From Azolla caroliniana (Eukaryota > Plantae > Polypodiophyta), in the NCBI GenBank assembly GCA_043228905.1, contig JBHGNT010000007.1, forward strand, positions 2,976,001 through 3,040,000: DNA of 64,000 bases, in the 5' to 3' direction. Position numbers and translations under genes: made by a program. Below the pieces are notes generated by a model. It was not told the origin of the DNA. It saw nothing but the letters and a program-made list of their open reading frames with translations, and ran no database searches. Shown here piece after piece: positions 63,701-64,000 of this stretch (within the stretch, counting starts at the first letter, position 1; each line of letters begins with the position of its first letter).

Positions 63701-64000
63701 ACAAAAAAATCTTCCATTATAATATTCTTTATGAAATAAGCAAGTGAAACCATTACTTGGGGCTATTCTTGCTAGAACTCAAAATGCCAAGAGACGTTAT
63801 TGGAGGACAAGAATGTAACCAATTAAAGGCCATAAGCAATGCACATAAGCCATTACCATCTAAACTAGTCCCTTCAAAGTTATCATCAAGCAATAGAGAT
63901 AACTATCACCTAGCAAGAAAGGTGCTTCCTCACTTCAAAGATGTCTCCATCACGAAGTAGCTCATGCTAGAGATTTTTGAAGGCATAAGCTTCAATTTAT

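Overview
AT-rich, gene-dense land-plant nuclear DNA with spliceosomal GT-AG introns and many microsatellites. The PLS-PPR style suggests a fern, but that is inference. Hand-spliced gene models: a decayed PLS-PPR gene, an intact CLV1/BAM-type LRR receptor kinase, a glucose/ribitol dehydrogenase-like SDR with a frameshift and a nonsense codon, an orphan secreted acidic protein, a GT23/alpha-1,6-fucosyltransferase-like gene head-to-head with a full-length SHOC1 (meiotic XPF-like ZMM) gene, a Ycf20-like gene whose ~6.5 kb intron appears to hold a complete same-strand PPR gene between long inverted repeats, and a Cys-bracketed glycine-rich secreted protein. The right end is a stack of mobile elements (hAT MITE, solo-LTR-like piece, LINE, copia relic). 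The most unusual signal is a ~200-bp element with two convergent tRNA-like Pol III heads. It occurs four times, always as tandem pairs joined by (AG)n, and one pair sits next to a LINE embedded in (AG)n. All family assignments come from recalled motifs; no searches were run.
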